From Methanobacteriota archaeon (GTDB lineage: Archaea > Thermoplasmatota > Poseidoniia > Poseidoniales > Thalassarchaeaceae): a stretch of DNA of 48,601 bases. Location: positions 1 to 48,601 of the forward strand of contig PCAW01000037.1 of assembly GCA_002730775.1 (NCBI GenBank), given 5' to 3'. The notes below the pieces were generated by a model. That model searched no databases. It worked only from the letters and a program-made list of their open reading frames with translations, and had not been told where the DNA came from. This document shows positions 19,560 to 29,622 of the stretch, piece after piece. Position 1 is the first letter of the stretch. Every line of letters begins with the position of its first letter. The translations under genes were made by a program, and so were the position numbers.

Positions 19560-20306
19560 CTATCCCTTGGACGGGTAAAGTTTGGCGAGTAGGTTCAATA
19601 TCTCAACATATAGCCAGACCAGTGTTATCATTAATCCGAAAGCTGCTCTCCATTCCAATTGCTTAGGAGCACCTCTTTTCACTCCTTTTTCGATGAAATC
19701 AAAATCTGCAACTAAACAAAGGGCACCTATTCCAATAACAAATAGAGAGAATCCTATTCCTACGGGGCCATTTCCATGAATCAATGGTATTTCAAATCCT
19801 AAAAATATACCAACAAAAGAGACGATATATATGATTGCTATAGCGCCTAATGAAGAATACACTGCTATAGCAAGGTTTCTATCCCATGAGATTAAACGTG
19901 CCCGGTATAGCATCAACATTGAGCCTAAAATTGAGAAAGTTAGTGCTGCTGCAATTATACCCAAACCTGGAAACCCTGCTTCGATTTCTATGAATTTTGT
20001 TAAACCACCCAATGCAAGGCCCTCAAATCCAGCATAGGCGCATATCAAAACCGGGCTTGTAGATTTGGAAAAAATTACGATCATTGCTGTAATGAAACCA
20101 CCTAAAAATCCTATAATCGCAAACTCAGGACGGAAGGCATAAGTTGCTATGGCTAAAGTTGTAGTAATTATCAGAAGTATTCCGGTTTTCTCTGCAGTCC
20201 CCTCCATAGTCATCAAATTAGAACTTTCATCCCACCAAGATGCTTCTTTGTAGTTCGACTTGTCGAAAGTTGAGTCTGAAAGTGTGGGGTTCCTTGAACG
20301 GTACAT
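19560..20306 (-). CDS. Bax inhibitor-1/YccA family membrane protein
   Basis: SRNP, MTMEGT..KT, YA.FEG..LGG, DFDFIE.GV..GAPK..EW..AFGL.ITLVWLY.EIL. Confidence 0.92.
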   Translation of the reverse strand: MYRSRNPTLSDSTFDKSNYKEASWWDESSNLMTMEGTAEKTGILLIITTTLAIATYAFRPEFAIIGFLGGFITAMIVIFSKSTSPVLICAYAGFEGLALGGLTKFIEIEAGFPGLGIIAAALTFSILGSMLMLYRARLISWDRNLAIAVYSSLGAIAIIYIVSFVGIFLGFEIPLIHGNGPVGIGFSLFVIGIGALCLVADFDFIEKGVKRGAPKQLEWRAAFGLMITLVWLYVEILNLLAKLYPSKG

Positions 20307-20354
20307 TGTAACTCCTCAAAGGGTAAACATACTCAAATCTTGGCATTGCAATTA

Positions 20355-23330
20355 CTAGTTTAGAAGTTCTTTCAAGTGTAATCCAGTATAGCTGCCCTTA
20401 ACTTTAGCAATCTTTTCTGGTGGACCTTCTGCCACTATAAGTCCGCCCAATTCTCCCCCTTCTGGCCCGAGATCAATTACCCAATCTGCACATTTAACCA
20501 CATCTAAATGGTGTTCGATTACAATTACGGTATGTCCGTTTCTTCTAAGACGTAACATTACCTCTGTTAATTGATGTACATCAAACATAGAAAGTCCTGT
20601 TGTAGGCTCATCAAGTATGTAAACTGTGTGACTTCGGGTCGGTCTGTGTAATTCCGATGCTAATTTTACTCGTTGCGCTTCTCCACCCGATAGAGTGGTT
20701 GCTGGTTGACCAAGTCGTATGTAACCCAGTCCTACATCTTTCAGAGTTGTAAGAATACGACTTAATGATTTTTGATTTTGAAAAAATACAACAGCCTCAT
20801 CAACAGACATATCTAGAACTTCTTGGATATTTTTTCCTTTCCATTCAACTTCCAGAGTTTCTCTAGTGTATCTTTTTCCTTTGCAAACATCGCATGTGAC
20901 CCATACGTCAGGTAAAAAATTCATCTCTAGTTTTATAGATCCTGCGCCTTTGCAAGATTCACATCTTCCACCTTTAACATTGAAAGAAAATTGTCCTGGT
21001 TGGTATCCTCGTTCTTTAGAAATTACAGTTGCTGCAAATAGATTTCTGATGTGTCCAAATGCCCCGGTATATGTCGCCGCGTTTGAACGAGGTGTTCTAC
21101 CTATAGGAGATTGATCTATGACTATGGTTTTGTCTACAGCTTCGAATCCTTCCATCTTATCGTGTCGTCCGGGAGAAGTGTCGCTACCATGTATTTCACG
21201 TAATAATGCAGGGGCTAATGTTGAGGCTACTAAGGATGACTTTCCTGAGCCTGAAACACCAGTAATAGCAACTACACAACCTAAAGGAATTGATACATTT
21301 ATATTTTGGAGATTATTTTCTCTCGCCCCTATGATGTGGATCCATTTTCCATCTTCTGGTGTTTTCCTATCTGCAGGTATGGAGATGTTTTCTTTACCAG
21401 AAAGATATGCTCCAGTAATACTTTCATCATTGGAAAGTAATTCATCTAATTCACCACTCACCAGCACCTTTCCTCCTTCTTTACCTGCACCAGGGCCTAT
21501 GTCAACAAGCCAGTCAGCCTGTCTTAGGGTTGCTTCATCATGTTCAACGACAAGCAAGGTGTTCCCTAGTTCAGTTAGTTCTCTTAAGGTTTCCAAAAGG
21601 CGGTCGTTGTCTCTAGGGTGTAAGCCAATACTTGGTTCGTCGAGAACATACATCACCCCTGTCAATCTTGTACCAATTTGAGTTGCTAATCTAATCCTTT
21701 GAGATTCTCCTCCAGAAAGCGTGCTTGCTCGTCTATCTAACGTAAGATAATCCAATCCAACTAGTGCAAGGAATCTTAATCTCGCTTCAATTTCTTTGAT
21801 TATTTCGGTACCGATAAAAATTGACCTCTCAGACAATTGTAAGGTTTTGGAAATAATCTCTGTGTTTGGTTTATCTCTACCTAATTTATCCCATGTTTGA
21901 TCGAGTTCTCCTGCCCTCCAATATTGTACAACTGCTAACGCTTCCAAGACACTACAAGAGGAAATGGCGGGCAGAGATATCCCCCCTACTATCACTTTAC
22001 TAACAGCATCATTCAATTTTTGGCCTTTACAATCTGGGCATGGTTCATCGTTCATATATGAGGCCATCCTAGACCTTGTTCTGTCCGAAGAGGTTTCGTT
22101 GTAAGTTCTACGGATTCTACTAAATACACCCTCCCAAGGTCTTAACATCTGGTATGAAGAGCCTTTCTCAGAAGTAAATTCAAAGGAAATTGCTGTGCCT
22201 CCAGAGCCGTGAAGAAGAATATCTTGCTCGTCATCATTAAGACTTCCAAATTCTAGATTCGGAGGGATTCCATAGTGCTCACAAACCTGCCTCATTTGAC
22301 TCTTGTACCAACCAGACATCATGGAAGATCTAAATGGCCTAATACAGCCATCTTCAACAGATGCAGTTCTATCAATTACTAGGTCTGGAGAAAATTCTCT
22401 TTTTACACCTAGTCCTTGACAATTAGGGCAGGCCCCCAGTGGATTGTTGAAAGAAAATACTCTAGGCGACATTTCTGGTAAGAATGCTCCATGCTCAGGG
22501 CATGCAAACTCTTCAGAATAAGGAATTATCTGTCCTTTTTCTGTTTTTTCTGCCTCTTCGTTACGAATATTCGATTTATTTTTCTTGAGGCTTTCGATAG
22601 CTATGGTCCCTCCACCAAGACGGAGTCCTGCCTCAATTGCTTCGGTTAATCTCTGCCTGTTTGCTCTGTTCAATTTCAATCTATCGATTCTGACATCGAT
22701 ATCGTGTCTGAGATTCTTTTCTAAATCAGGAGGTTGTTCGAAATTTGCCTCTCGACCATTGATTTTCCCTTCCAAATATCCTTGTTCAATCAAGCCTTTG
22801 AATAAATCTACATGAGTCCCTTTTCTATTTCTAATTGTAGGGCTCCAAATAGCTATGGCATGTTCTTCGAAACGCCACATTATATCATCTACAATTTCTT
22901 GAACTGTTCTTCTGGCGACTTCCCGCCCACAATCCGGACAATGGGGGGTCCCTACTCTCGCCCAAAGTAATCGCATGTAGTCCATAATTTCAGTAACAGT
23001 AGCAACCGTTGACCTTGGATTGTGGCTACCCTGTTTCTGATCAATACTTATTGCAGGGGAGAGGCCTTCTATAGAGTCGCAGTCTGGCTTCTTCATTTGG
23101 CCTAAAAATTGGCGTGCATATGAGCTAAGGCTTTCTACATACCTTCTTTGCCCCTCAGCGTATAGAGTATCGAATGCCAAACTTGATTTTCCTGAACCTG
23201 AAACTCCAGAAATAACTACAAATTTACCTCTTGGTATTTCTACATCAATATCTTGAAGATTGTGAGTTCTTGCACCTTTAACCTCTATCCAACCTTGATC
23301 GAAAGATGTTTTTTTCTGTTTACGAGCCAT
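20355..23330 (-). CDS. uvrA: Excinuclease ABC subunit A
   Basis: Two ABC cassettes (GVSGSGKSS twice; LSGGESQR, LSGGEAQR), Zn fingers, GARTHNL, FSFN motifs. Confidence 0.98.
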   Translation of the reverse strand: MARKQKKTSFDQGWIEVKGARTHNLQDIDVEIPRGKFVVISGVSGSGKSSLAFDTLYAEGQRRYVESLSSYARQFLGQMKKPDCDSIEGLSPAISIDQKQGSHNPRSTVATVTEIMDYMRLLWARVGTPHCPDCGREVARRTVQEIVDDIMWRFEEHAIAIWSPTIRNRKGTHVDLFKGLIEQGYLEGKINGREANFEQPPDLEKNLRHDIDVRIDRLKLNRANRQRLTEAIEAGLRLGGGTIAIESLKKNKSNIRNEEAEKTEKGQIIPYSEEFACPEHGAFLPEMSPRVFSFNNPLGACPNCQGLGVKREFSPDLVIDRTASVEDGCIRPFRSSMMSGWYKSQMRQVCEHYGIPPNLEFGSLNDDEQDILLHGSGGTAISFEFTSEKGSSYQMLRPWEGVFSRIRRTYNETSSDRTRSRMASYMNDEPCPDCKGQKLNDAVSKVIVGGISLPAISSCSVLEALAVVQYWRAGELDQTWDKLGRDKPNTEIISKTLQLSERSIFIGTEIIKEIEARLRFLALVGLDYLTLDRRASTLSGGESQRIRLATQIGTRLTGVMYVLDEPSIGLHPRDNDRLLETLRELTELGNTLLVVEHDEATLRQADWLVDIGPGAGKEGGKVLVSGELDELLSNDESITGAYLSGKENISIPADRKTPEDGKWIHIIGARENNLQNINVSIPLGCVVAITGVSGSGKSSLVASTLAPALLREIHGSDTSPGRHDKMEGFEAVDKTIVIDQSPIGRTPRSNAATYTGAFGHIRNLFAATVISKERGYQPGQFSFNVKGGRCESCKGAGSIKLEMNFLPDVWVTCDVCKGKRYTRETLEVEWKGKNIQEVLDMSVDEAVVFFQNQKSLSRILTTLKDVGLGYIRLGQPATTLSGGEAQRVKLASELHRPTRSHTVYILDEPTTGLSMFDVHQLTEVMLRLRRNGHTVIVIEHHLDVVKCADWVIDLGPEGGELGGLIVAEGPPEKIAKVKGSYTGLHLKELLN

Positions 23331-23396
23331 TAGCGCCCCCCCTAACTATACTTGACGGAATGTTGACCGCTATTGAAGAAATGTATTTTTTTTCTA

Positions 23397-24629
23397 TCAA
23401 TTAAACCAAAATGCGTCAATTATATCGCCTATTTCTGCATCTGTATTCGGAGGTAGTAGTGTCACTCCATTATGTGCAACCATACTATGTATGTTCCCAC
23501 TTCCTTGATGAGTATGTATTGATGCTTGTAGACCGTCTTTTTTACTAACTATTCTAATTCGACGTAAACAAAGTTTATTTTCTGCTCCTTTAACACTATT
23601 TTTCATTTTCACCCTAACTTTTCTCCCCAAATTAGGCTGTGCTGTTTCTTCAATTCGGTAAGTAGCAGAGAACCACGGACAAACTAACATCAAGAATACT
23701 AAATGACTGCTGACAGGATTTCCAGGTAAGCCAAATAGTGGCTTATTCCCCCATTTCCCAAAAATTGGAGGACCTCCTGGTCTCATATTTACTTTCCAAA
23801 AATTAATGTCACCCTCTGTTTCCATAATTTTTCTTACTATATCCCAATCCCCCATAGATACTCCGCCAGTTGTTATCAATGCATCACAATTATCTACTGC
23901 ATCATTCATAGTCTCTCGTAATTGTTCTATGGAATCGGTAACTATGCCATAACGGACCGGTTTACCGCCCATTTTTTCGATTAAAGCAGCGATACCGAAA
24001 GAATTAGATTCAAAGATTTGCCAATCTTTGATTTCAGAATTTGGCATTACTAGTTCGTCGCCAGTACTGATTATTCCAATAATAGGTTTTCGAAAAACTG
24101 AAATTTCATCATAACCCATTGTTGCAGCGAGTGAAATTGTGGAAGAGCCCATACAAGTCCCTTCAGGGATAGCTAATTTTCCTTTAGATAAATTCTCTCC
24201 CTTAATACGAATAAAGGATTTTTTAGCTTGACCTGTGATTATTACATTTTCTCCCTCTATTCTACTGTTTTCTACGATTACTATCGCATCTGCTCCTTCG
24301 GGTATCGGGGCACCTGTAGTGATCTTACAAGCCTCTCCTGATTCTATAGCATGGACACTTTCTGATCCTGCTTGAATTGTTCCAACTATCCTTAAAATTG
24401 TAGTATTGCTTGAAGAGCAGTCTTCTTCTTTCACGGCCCAACCATCCATAGCAGAATTGTCAAATCGGGGGTCATTGACTTTAGATATTAGCCCCTTTGC
24501 AAGTATTCTTCCGTTTGCATTGTCGAGATGGATAGTTTCTGAAGATAGATTTAATTTGCAAGCAGATATCAATTCTTTAGCTCTTTCAATGCTCACTCCG
24601 ACCTCCATACAATCAACGAGGGGTTTCAT
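23397..24629 (-). CDS. moeA: Molybdopterin molybdenumtransferase
   Basis: FDNSAMDG, TGAPIP.GADA, STGDEL, TTGGVSMG..D, GLPGNPVS, QGSG. Confidence 0.96.
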   Translation of the reverse strand: MKPLVDCMEVGVSIERAKELISACKLNLSSETIHLDNANGRILAKGLISKVNDPRFDNSAMDGWAVKEEDCSSSNTTILRIVGTIQAGSESVHAIESGEACKITTGAPIPEGADAIVIVENSRIEGENVIITGQAKKSFIRIKGENLSKGKLAIPEGTCMGSSTISLAATMGYDEISVFRKPIIGIISTGDELVMPNSEIKDWQIFESNSFGIAALIEKMGGKPVRYGIVTDSIEQLRETMNDAVDNCDALITTGGVSMGDWDIVRKIMETEGDINFWKVNMRPGGPPIFGKWGNKPLFGLPGNPVSSHLVFLMLVCPWFSATYRIEETAQPNLGRKVRVKMKNSVKGAENKLCLRRIRIVSKKDGLQASIHTHQGSGNIHSMVAHNGVTLLPPNTDAEIGDIIDAFWFN

Positions 24630-24694
24630 ACAAATGAATTATGCGTTGATTCTTAGGGAGTGTTATTCAAATATTACTAATATGACGCCTTATT

Positions 24695-25459
24695 ATGTTC
24701 ATAGAAGGAGAGTTTTTGATTCTACTTCTATTGTTTCTGATTGCTTTGCTATATTCTAGTGTTGGACATGGCGGGGCATCAGGGTATCTCGCAGTTTTAT
24801 CTCTAACAATTTATGCAGAATATGATAGTGGGTGGTTAAAACAGCATGCGTGGGCGTTAAATTTAGTAGTTGCCGCAATTGCTTTTTATCATTATAAAAA
24901 TGCAGGTTTTTTCAATCTAAAATTGACTCTTCCATTTGTTCTAGCAAGCATTCCATTTGCTATTATTGGAGGATATATGAAAGTTGATGGGGTTTTCTAC
25001 GATACTCTGCTATCGATTACTTTGGTTTTGGCTGCATATAAATTATTACAAATAAAGGATGTTTATTCGACGACAAAAATTGAGATACCTAGTTTTCGGT
25101 ATGCAATCCCCATTGGAGGGGCGGTCGGTTTAATGAGTGGTGTGATAGGTGTAGGAGGGGGCATCTTCTTATCGCCAATACTTTTACTAAAAAAATGGGC
25201 GGATCCGAAAACTGCTGCAGCAACTGCTGCACTTTTTATCTGGGTTAATTCAATGGCAGGTTTAGTCGGTGCAGGAATTTCGGGACAGTTGGTTATTCAG
25301 ATGGACGTCCTATTTCCTTTCATTATGGCAGTACTATTTGGAGGATATATAGGGGCGAAATATGGTTCAGAAAATGCCCATCAATCTTTGATTAGGAAAT
25401 TATTGATAATTGTATTAATCGTAGCTTCGCTGAAAAAAATATCTAATCTAATAATATGA
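24695..25459 (+). CDS. Sulfite exporter TauE/SafE family protein
   Basis: YSSVGHGGASGY, G..GVGGGIFLSP, A.FIWVNS..GL. Confidence 0.92.
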   Translation: MFIEGEFLILLLLFLIALLYSSVGHGGASGYLAVLSLTIYAEYDSGWLKQHAWALNLVVAAIAFYHYKNAGFFNLKLTLPFVLASIPFAIIGGYMKVDGVFYDTLLSITLVLAAYKLLQIKDVYSTTKIEIPSFRYAIPIGGAVGLMSGVIGVGGGIFLSPILLLKKWADPKTAAATAALFIWVNSMAGLVGAGISGQLVIQMDVLFPFIMAVLFGGYIGAKYGSENAHQSLIRKLLIIVLIVASLKKISNLII

Positions 25460-25460
25460 T

Positions 25461-26036
25461 TTATAGCCCTATAAAGTCTGAATGCCCACATTCTGGATGA
25501 GCACAAATAACCTTGTATCTCTCTCTTTTTGGACGAGGGATTCGCATCATTGCGCCACACATCGTACATTGATGGGTGACAATTTCTGGTTCTTCTGGGG
25601 TTGAGTCTTCATAATCTTTGAAATCTTCTGCCATCGAGGTCCAACCAATTTGATCTGAATAAGAATCATCTTCATCAGTAATTTTATTTTGTCTCAAATT
25701 TAACTTGATATTGATTCTGCGCCCCTTCCTTTTCTTCTTTTTCGTTGGTTTTCCTTTAGGCTTAGGTTTACCCTTAGGCTTAGGTTTGCCTTTAGGCTTA
25801 GGTTTACGCTTTGGAGGTGTTTTATCCACCTCTTTTTTCTGTTTGCCGGGTGGTGCTGGAGGTTTTCCAGGTGGCGGCGGTGATTTCCCTGGAGGTGCTG
25901 GAGGCCTGGCAGGAGGTGCTGGAGGTTTTCCAGGTGGCGGCGGTGCTTTCCCTGGAGGCATTGGAGGCTTGGCGGGAGGGGCTTTTCTTGGCTTCTGCGA
26001 AGGCTTTGGGGGTGGTGGTGGAACCTTGTCTGCCAT
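25461..26036 (-). CDS. Pro/Lys-rich low-complexity protein with a C-terminal Zn-ribbon
   Basis: Poly-Pro repeats, (KPKPKG)x3, acidic segment, CTMC...CAHPEC; start at ATG 26036. Confidence 0.8.
   Translation of the reverse strand: MADKVPPPPPKPSQKPRKAPPAKPPMPPGKAPPPPGKPPAPPARPPAPPGKSPPPPGKPPAPPGKQKKEVDKTPPKRKPKPKGKPKPKGKPKPKGKPTKKKKRKGRRINIKLNLRQNKITDEDDSYSDQIGWTSMAEDFKDYEDSTPEEPEIVTHQCTMCGAMMRIPRPKRERYKVICAHPECGHSDFIGL
25747..25806. repeat. 18-nt tandem repeat (about 3.3 copies) encoding KPKPKG
   Basis: GGTTTTCCTTTAGGCTTA / GGTTTACCCTTAGGCTTA / GGTTTGCCTTTAGGCTTA / GGTTTA. Confidence 0.9.
25852..25977. repeat. 63-nt tandem duplication (2 copies) encoding a 21-aa Pro-rich unit
   Basis: GGTGCTGGAGGTTTTCCAGGTGGCGGCGGTG[A/C]TTTCCCTGGAGG... 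begins at 25852 and 25915. Confidence 0.9.
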
Positions 26037-26104
26037 GACTATCCTCTGTTGGCAACCCGGGTGACTCTTTGAAAGAATCGGGAGTATGGTATCTTTTTCC
26101 TTAG

Positions 26105-26656
26105 CTAAGCAGGATATAATAGAAGTGATTCGCAAGGTATTGGAAGTAATTTTTCTCTTGCATCCAGGCCTTCCAGTTCTATCACAAATAAATTACCTAT
26201 TACTTCTCCTCCTTGCTGTTGACATAATTTTACACATGCATCAACAGTGCCTCCTGTTGCAAGTAAATCGTCAATAATTATTATTTTGGCCCCCGGAGAT
26301 ATGACGTCATCGTGCATCTCTAAAATATTGGAGCCGTATTCTAAAGAATATTCGATTTGTATGGTTGAGGAGGGTAATTTTCCTGGTTTTCTGACAGGAA
26401 TGAAACCTGCTCCTAGCTCGGCTGCAAGCATTGGTCCAAAAATAAATCCTCGGGCTTCGGGGCCAACAATATAATCCGGAGTCCAGTTATTATGATTGCA
26501 AATTTGTACAAACATATCTGTGATCTTGTTCAAATACTCGCCCGAATTAAGTAAAGGAGTAATGTCTCTAAACATAATTCCTTCTATAGGAAAATCTGGG
26601 ATTGTTCGGATTTGTTGTTGAAGTTGTTTAATTGTTTCTTTATCGAAAATTGGCAT
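26105..26656 (-). CDS. apt: Adenine phosphoribosyltransferase
   Basis: IPDFP..GI.FRDITPLL, EARGF, RKPGKLP, LEYG, IDDLLATGGT; ATG 26656 preceded by SD-like AAGGTG. Confidence 0.96.
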   Translation of the reverse strand: MPIFDKETIKQLQQQIRTIPDFPIEGIMFRDITPLLNSGEYLNKITDMFVQICNHNNWTPDYIVGPEARGFIFGPMLAAELGAGFIPVRKPGKLPSSTIQIEYSLEYGSNILEMHDDVISPGAKIIIIDDLLATGGTVDACVKLCQQQGGEVIGNLFVIELEGLDAREKLLPIPCESLLLYPA

Positions 26657-26671
26657 TATAACACCTTTGAG

Positions 26672-26707
26672 AGGAGGCTCCCGGGCCACTAAGGCCCGAG
26701 AGTTCCT
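26672..26707 (-). terminator. GC-rich hairpin between the NCS2 permease and apt (terminator or processing/stability element)
   Basis: Minus strand AGGA-A-CUCUCGGGCC-UUAGU-GGCCCGGGAG-CC-UCCU: 10-bp upper stem (one G-U pair) plus 4-bp lower stem. Confidence 0.5.
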
Positions 26708-26722
26708 TTTACGTTATTCTAC

Positions 26723-28177
26723 TCAATCGTTTAATCCGACTTGCTCGAAGATCCAATCGAATGTTGATGTATCTCCAGGGCCGAGGTAGAACATTATCAT
26801 GAGTATAGCTAGAGTCCCCATGATCTTGTTGATTTCATCAAACTTACCCATTCCTGCTTTGATAGCAACGTATGAAATAACACCCCATGCAATACCGTCT
26901 GCAATCGAGTAAGTGAATGGCATCATGACCATTGTTAGGAATGCGGGCAAAGCTATTTCGCCATTGTTCCAGTCAATATCTGCTGCTTGCCTCATCATCA
27001 TTGCACCAATAATTACCAAAGCACATGCTGCAGCGAATGTCGGAATAGCTTGGAAGATATTCGAGAAGAATAATCCAGAAAGCATCAGTACTCCCACTGT
27101 GACTGCGACTAAGCCTGTCTTACCGCCTTCTTCCACACCAGCCACAGACTCAATGTAAGTTGTTGTTGTACTTGTACCTGTTAGTGCTCCAACAATTGTT
27201 GCTGCTGCATCTGACATAAATGCTTCATCAGAGTTCATTAGTTCGTCATTTTCATCGACATACCCTGCTTGTCGGCCTACTGAATAAAGAGTTCCTGCTG
27301 TATCAAAGATATCGACAAAGAAGAAAGTAATCATGACTAACAAGAAAGCGCCCATTGTAGTACCGCCATCTGTACCAACATCTCCTAGTGCACTTAATGC
27401 TGCACCTAATGTTTCTTCTGGTAATCCTACAAAGCCGAACTCTAATGATGGCCATTGTGCGTTTACACCTGCCCAGCCTGCTCCGCCTGCTGCAAAATCA
27501 TTGTACGGGTCGTATGCTTCTGTTAGCCATCCCCAAATAGATGCTCCAAAAATACCAATTATAATCGCACCTGGTACATTTCTTGCCATCATTACAGCAA
27601 TTGCAATCAATGCGATCATTGATATGAATGCTCCATGATCATAAGTGAACGCTTCTGTAGTTGCTAGATTAACTAATGTTGCTCCATCGTCTTGAATCCA
27701 GCCCATTTCTCTTAGTCCGATTATTGCAAGGAACATTCCAATACCTGCACCGGTAGCAATTTTTAGATCTGTGGGGATTGCATTAATCATTGCAGTTCTC
27801 CAACCAACTTGTGGAAGAGAAATTATCATGAATAGAATTCCTTCTACAAATACTGCTGCCAATGCTACGTCCCATGCGACTCCCATGGCGCCAACTACTG
27901 CGAACGTAAAGTATGCATTGAGACCCATACCCGGTGCCAATGCAAATGGCAAGTTAGCCCAAAGGCCCATCACCATACAACCAATGAAGGCTGCTATTGC
28001 TGTTGCGAATAATGCATCGTCATAGGGTATTCCCGTTTGTCCGAAATTATGCAACATTGCCGGGTTGACTATGAGAATGTAGGCCATTGTCAAGAATGTT
28101 GTTAATCCTGCTCTGAGCTCCCCATTCACGGTACTACCCGCTTCTGTTATTCCAAATTGTTTGTCTAATGCGTCCAT
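26723..28177 (-). CDS. NCS2 family permease, AzgA/PbuG-like purine transporter
   Basis: AGLTTFLTMAYI..VNP, LAPGMGLNAYF, FFVDIFDTAGT, TTYIES.AG..EGG.TG, MPFTYSI; SD GGAG upstream. Confidence 0.95.
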   Translation of the reverse strand: MDALDKQFGITEAGSTVNGELRAGLTTFLTMAYILIVNPAMLHNFGQTGIPYDDALFATAIAAFIGCMVMGLWANLPFALAPGMGLNAYFTFAVVGAMGVAWDVALAAVFVEGILFMIISLPQVGWRTAMINAIPTDLKIATGAGIGMFLAIIGLREMGWIQDDGATLVNLATTEAFTYDHGAFISMIALIAIAVMMARNVPGAIIIGIFGASIWGWLTEAYDPYNDFAAGGAGWAGVNAQWPSLEFGFVGLPEETLGAALSALGDVGTDGGTTMGAFLLVMITFFFVDIFDTAGTLYSVGRQAGYVDENDELMNSDEAFMSDAAATIVGALTGTSTTTTYIESVAGVEEGGKTGLVAVTVGVLMLSGLFFSNIFQAIPTFAAACALVIIGAMMMRQAADIDWNNGEIALPAFLTMVMMPFTYSIADGIAWGVISYVAIKAGMGKFDEINKIMGTLAILMIMFYLGPGDTSTFDWIFEQVGLND

Positions 28178-28272
28178 ATTTTTTTCATCTCCTGTTTTTC
28201 ATTCATCCCAGACTTCTGTCCAGATAGATTACCATTAGACATGAGGTCTATCAATTGTTCGGAGCACTTGAT

Positions 28273-29583
28273 TCAAGAATTTATATGGAATGGGGTGCCA
28301 TTAACAGGTAAATGAACATCTATTTTTTCCCCTAATTCGGAAAAAATAACACTTCTACTTTCCTCTGGGGCATGAAATAAAATCATATTTTTGGGATTAC
28401 ATTCCTTAGCAAAATTACACAATTCGGTATGTCCGGCATGATTAGATAACTGGAATTGTGAAATGTCTAAATCTATCTTAGTGAGGTTCCCAAAAATACT
28501 TATTTTCCCTTCTTCAAGTAATTTCCTACCGCCCGAGTTCTCGGCTTGGTAGCCGGTCAATAAAATTCCATTTGATAGGTCTGCCCTTAGGCGGTTTAGG
28601 TACCATAGCGCGGGGCCGCCATCTAACATCCCACTAGTTGTGACAATAACGTCTGCTTGTAATGCCTTTTTACGATCAGATTTGCTTGAGATTTTTCTGG
28701 TCCATTTCCATACTTTTTCAAATTCCTCTACATCTCTGATATGTTCTGGATTTTCAAACCATTTTCTTGTTAATCTTGTCCCCATTCCATCGTAATGAAC
28801 GTTGAGATTGGGGGCTTCTCTATACAATATACGAAGAATATCTTGTCCACGTCCTGAAGCGAATGCGGGGATTAAAGCAACTCCTCCTCTTTGTACTATT
28901 TCTTTAACCTTAGATGCGAATCTAGACTCTTCCTCAGACCTGTCTGGATGAATTTTGCCACCATACGTAGCCTCTAAACAAAGAATATCACATTTAATTG
29001 GTTTGGCCCCGATTGTATTGGGGCTATCTCTTGTATCAAGATCTCCTGACCATAATATACGGTGAGTAGGTGTTTCTATTTCTATCATTGCAGCACCAGG
29101 CATATGACCTGCTCTATGTAACCTACATTTCCATGCCCCAACGGTGAACCATTCTTGGTAATCGTGTGTAATCCATGATTCAAGTGCATATTCTAAATCT
29201 CTTTTATCCCATGTAAGTGGATAGCCCTCTATTTTGGAAACTTTGTAGGTATCTCTCCACATTATTTCTGAAACTGCAGATGTTAAGCTTGTACCATGAA
29301 ATTTGACATTATTAAACTGTGTCAACCATGGAACCATACCAATATGATCAATATGGCTATGGGTGATTATTGCATCTGTTATGGGGGGGCATTGGTCGGG
29401 GTATTTGGGAGGGCGTGTTGGAGCCAAACCATAATCAATTAACACCCGTGTACCTGTATTATCTTCTATTACACAGCCAACATTGCCGACTTCATTCCCT
29501 CCACCCAAAAAATGAAAACGAATCCCTTCTTTTACTTCTGTTCTAGGATATCCAGAAGATTGTCCTGGGGTGTATAGTACCAT
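28273..29583 (-). CDS. beta-CASP metallo-beta-lactamase ribonuclease without KH domains (aCPSF2/aCPSF1b-like)
   Basis: LGGGNEVG, HSHIDH, AGHMPG, SGD, EATYG, PAFASGR.Q, TSGMLDGGP, GYQAE, SNHAG. Confidence 0.9.
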   Translation of the reverse strand: MVLYTPGQSSGYPRTEVKEGIRFHFLGGGNEVGNVGCVIEDNTGTRVLIDYGLAPTRPPKYPDQCPPITDAIITHSHIDHIGMVPWLTQFNNVKFHGTSLTSAVSEIMWRDTYKVSKIEGYPLTWDKRDLEYALESWITHDYQEWFTVGAWKCRLHRAGHMPGAAMIEIETPTHRILWSGDLDTRDSPNTIGAKPIKCDILCLEATYGGKIHPDRSEEESRFASKVKEIVQRGGVALIPAFASGRGQDILRILYREAPNLNVHYDGMGTRLTRKWFENPEHIRDVEEFEKVWKWTRKISSKSDRKKALQADVIVTTSGMLDGGPALWYLNRLRADLSNGILLTGYQAENSGGRKLLEEGKISIFGNLTKIDLDISQFQLSNHAGHTELCNFAKECNPKNMILFHAPEESRSVIFSELGEKIDVHLPVNGTPFHINS

Positions 29584-29622
29584 AGATTACCGACAACGGT
29601 TGGCGTCAAGAGGTCTTTGGAA

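Noticed and set aside
25747..25977. CRISPR-like array
   Set aside because: Repeats are tandem, in-frame multiples of 3 with no spacers, and there are no cas genes
25705..26064. Gly-rich plus-strand ORF resembling a structural protein
   Set aside because: Antisense mirror of the Pro-rich gene; the minus-strand frame carries the Zn-ribbon and matches operon direction
28178..28272. Purine riboswitch upstream of the NCS2 permease
   Set aside because: No purine-aptamer consensus or three-way junction visible in this short gap
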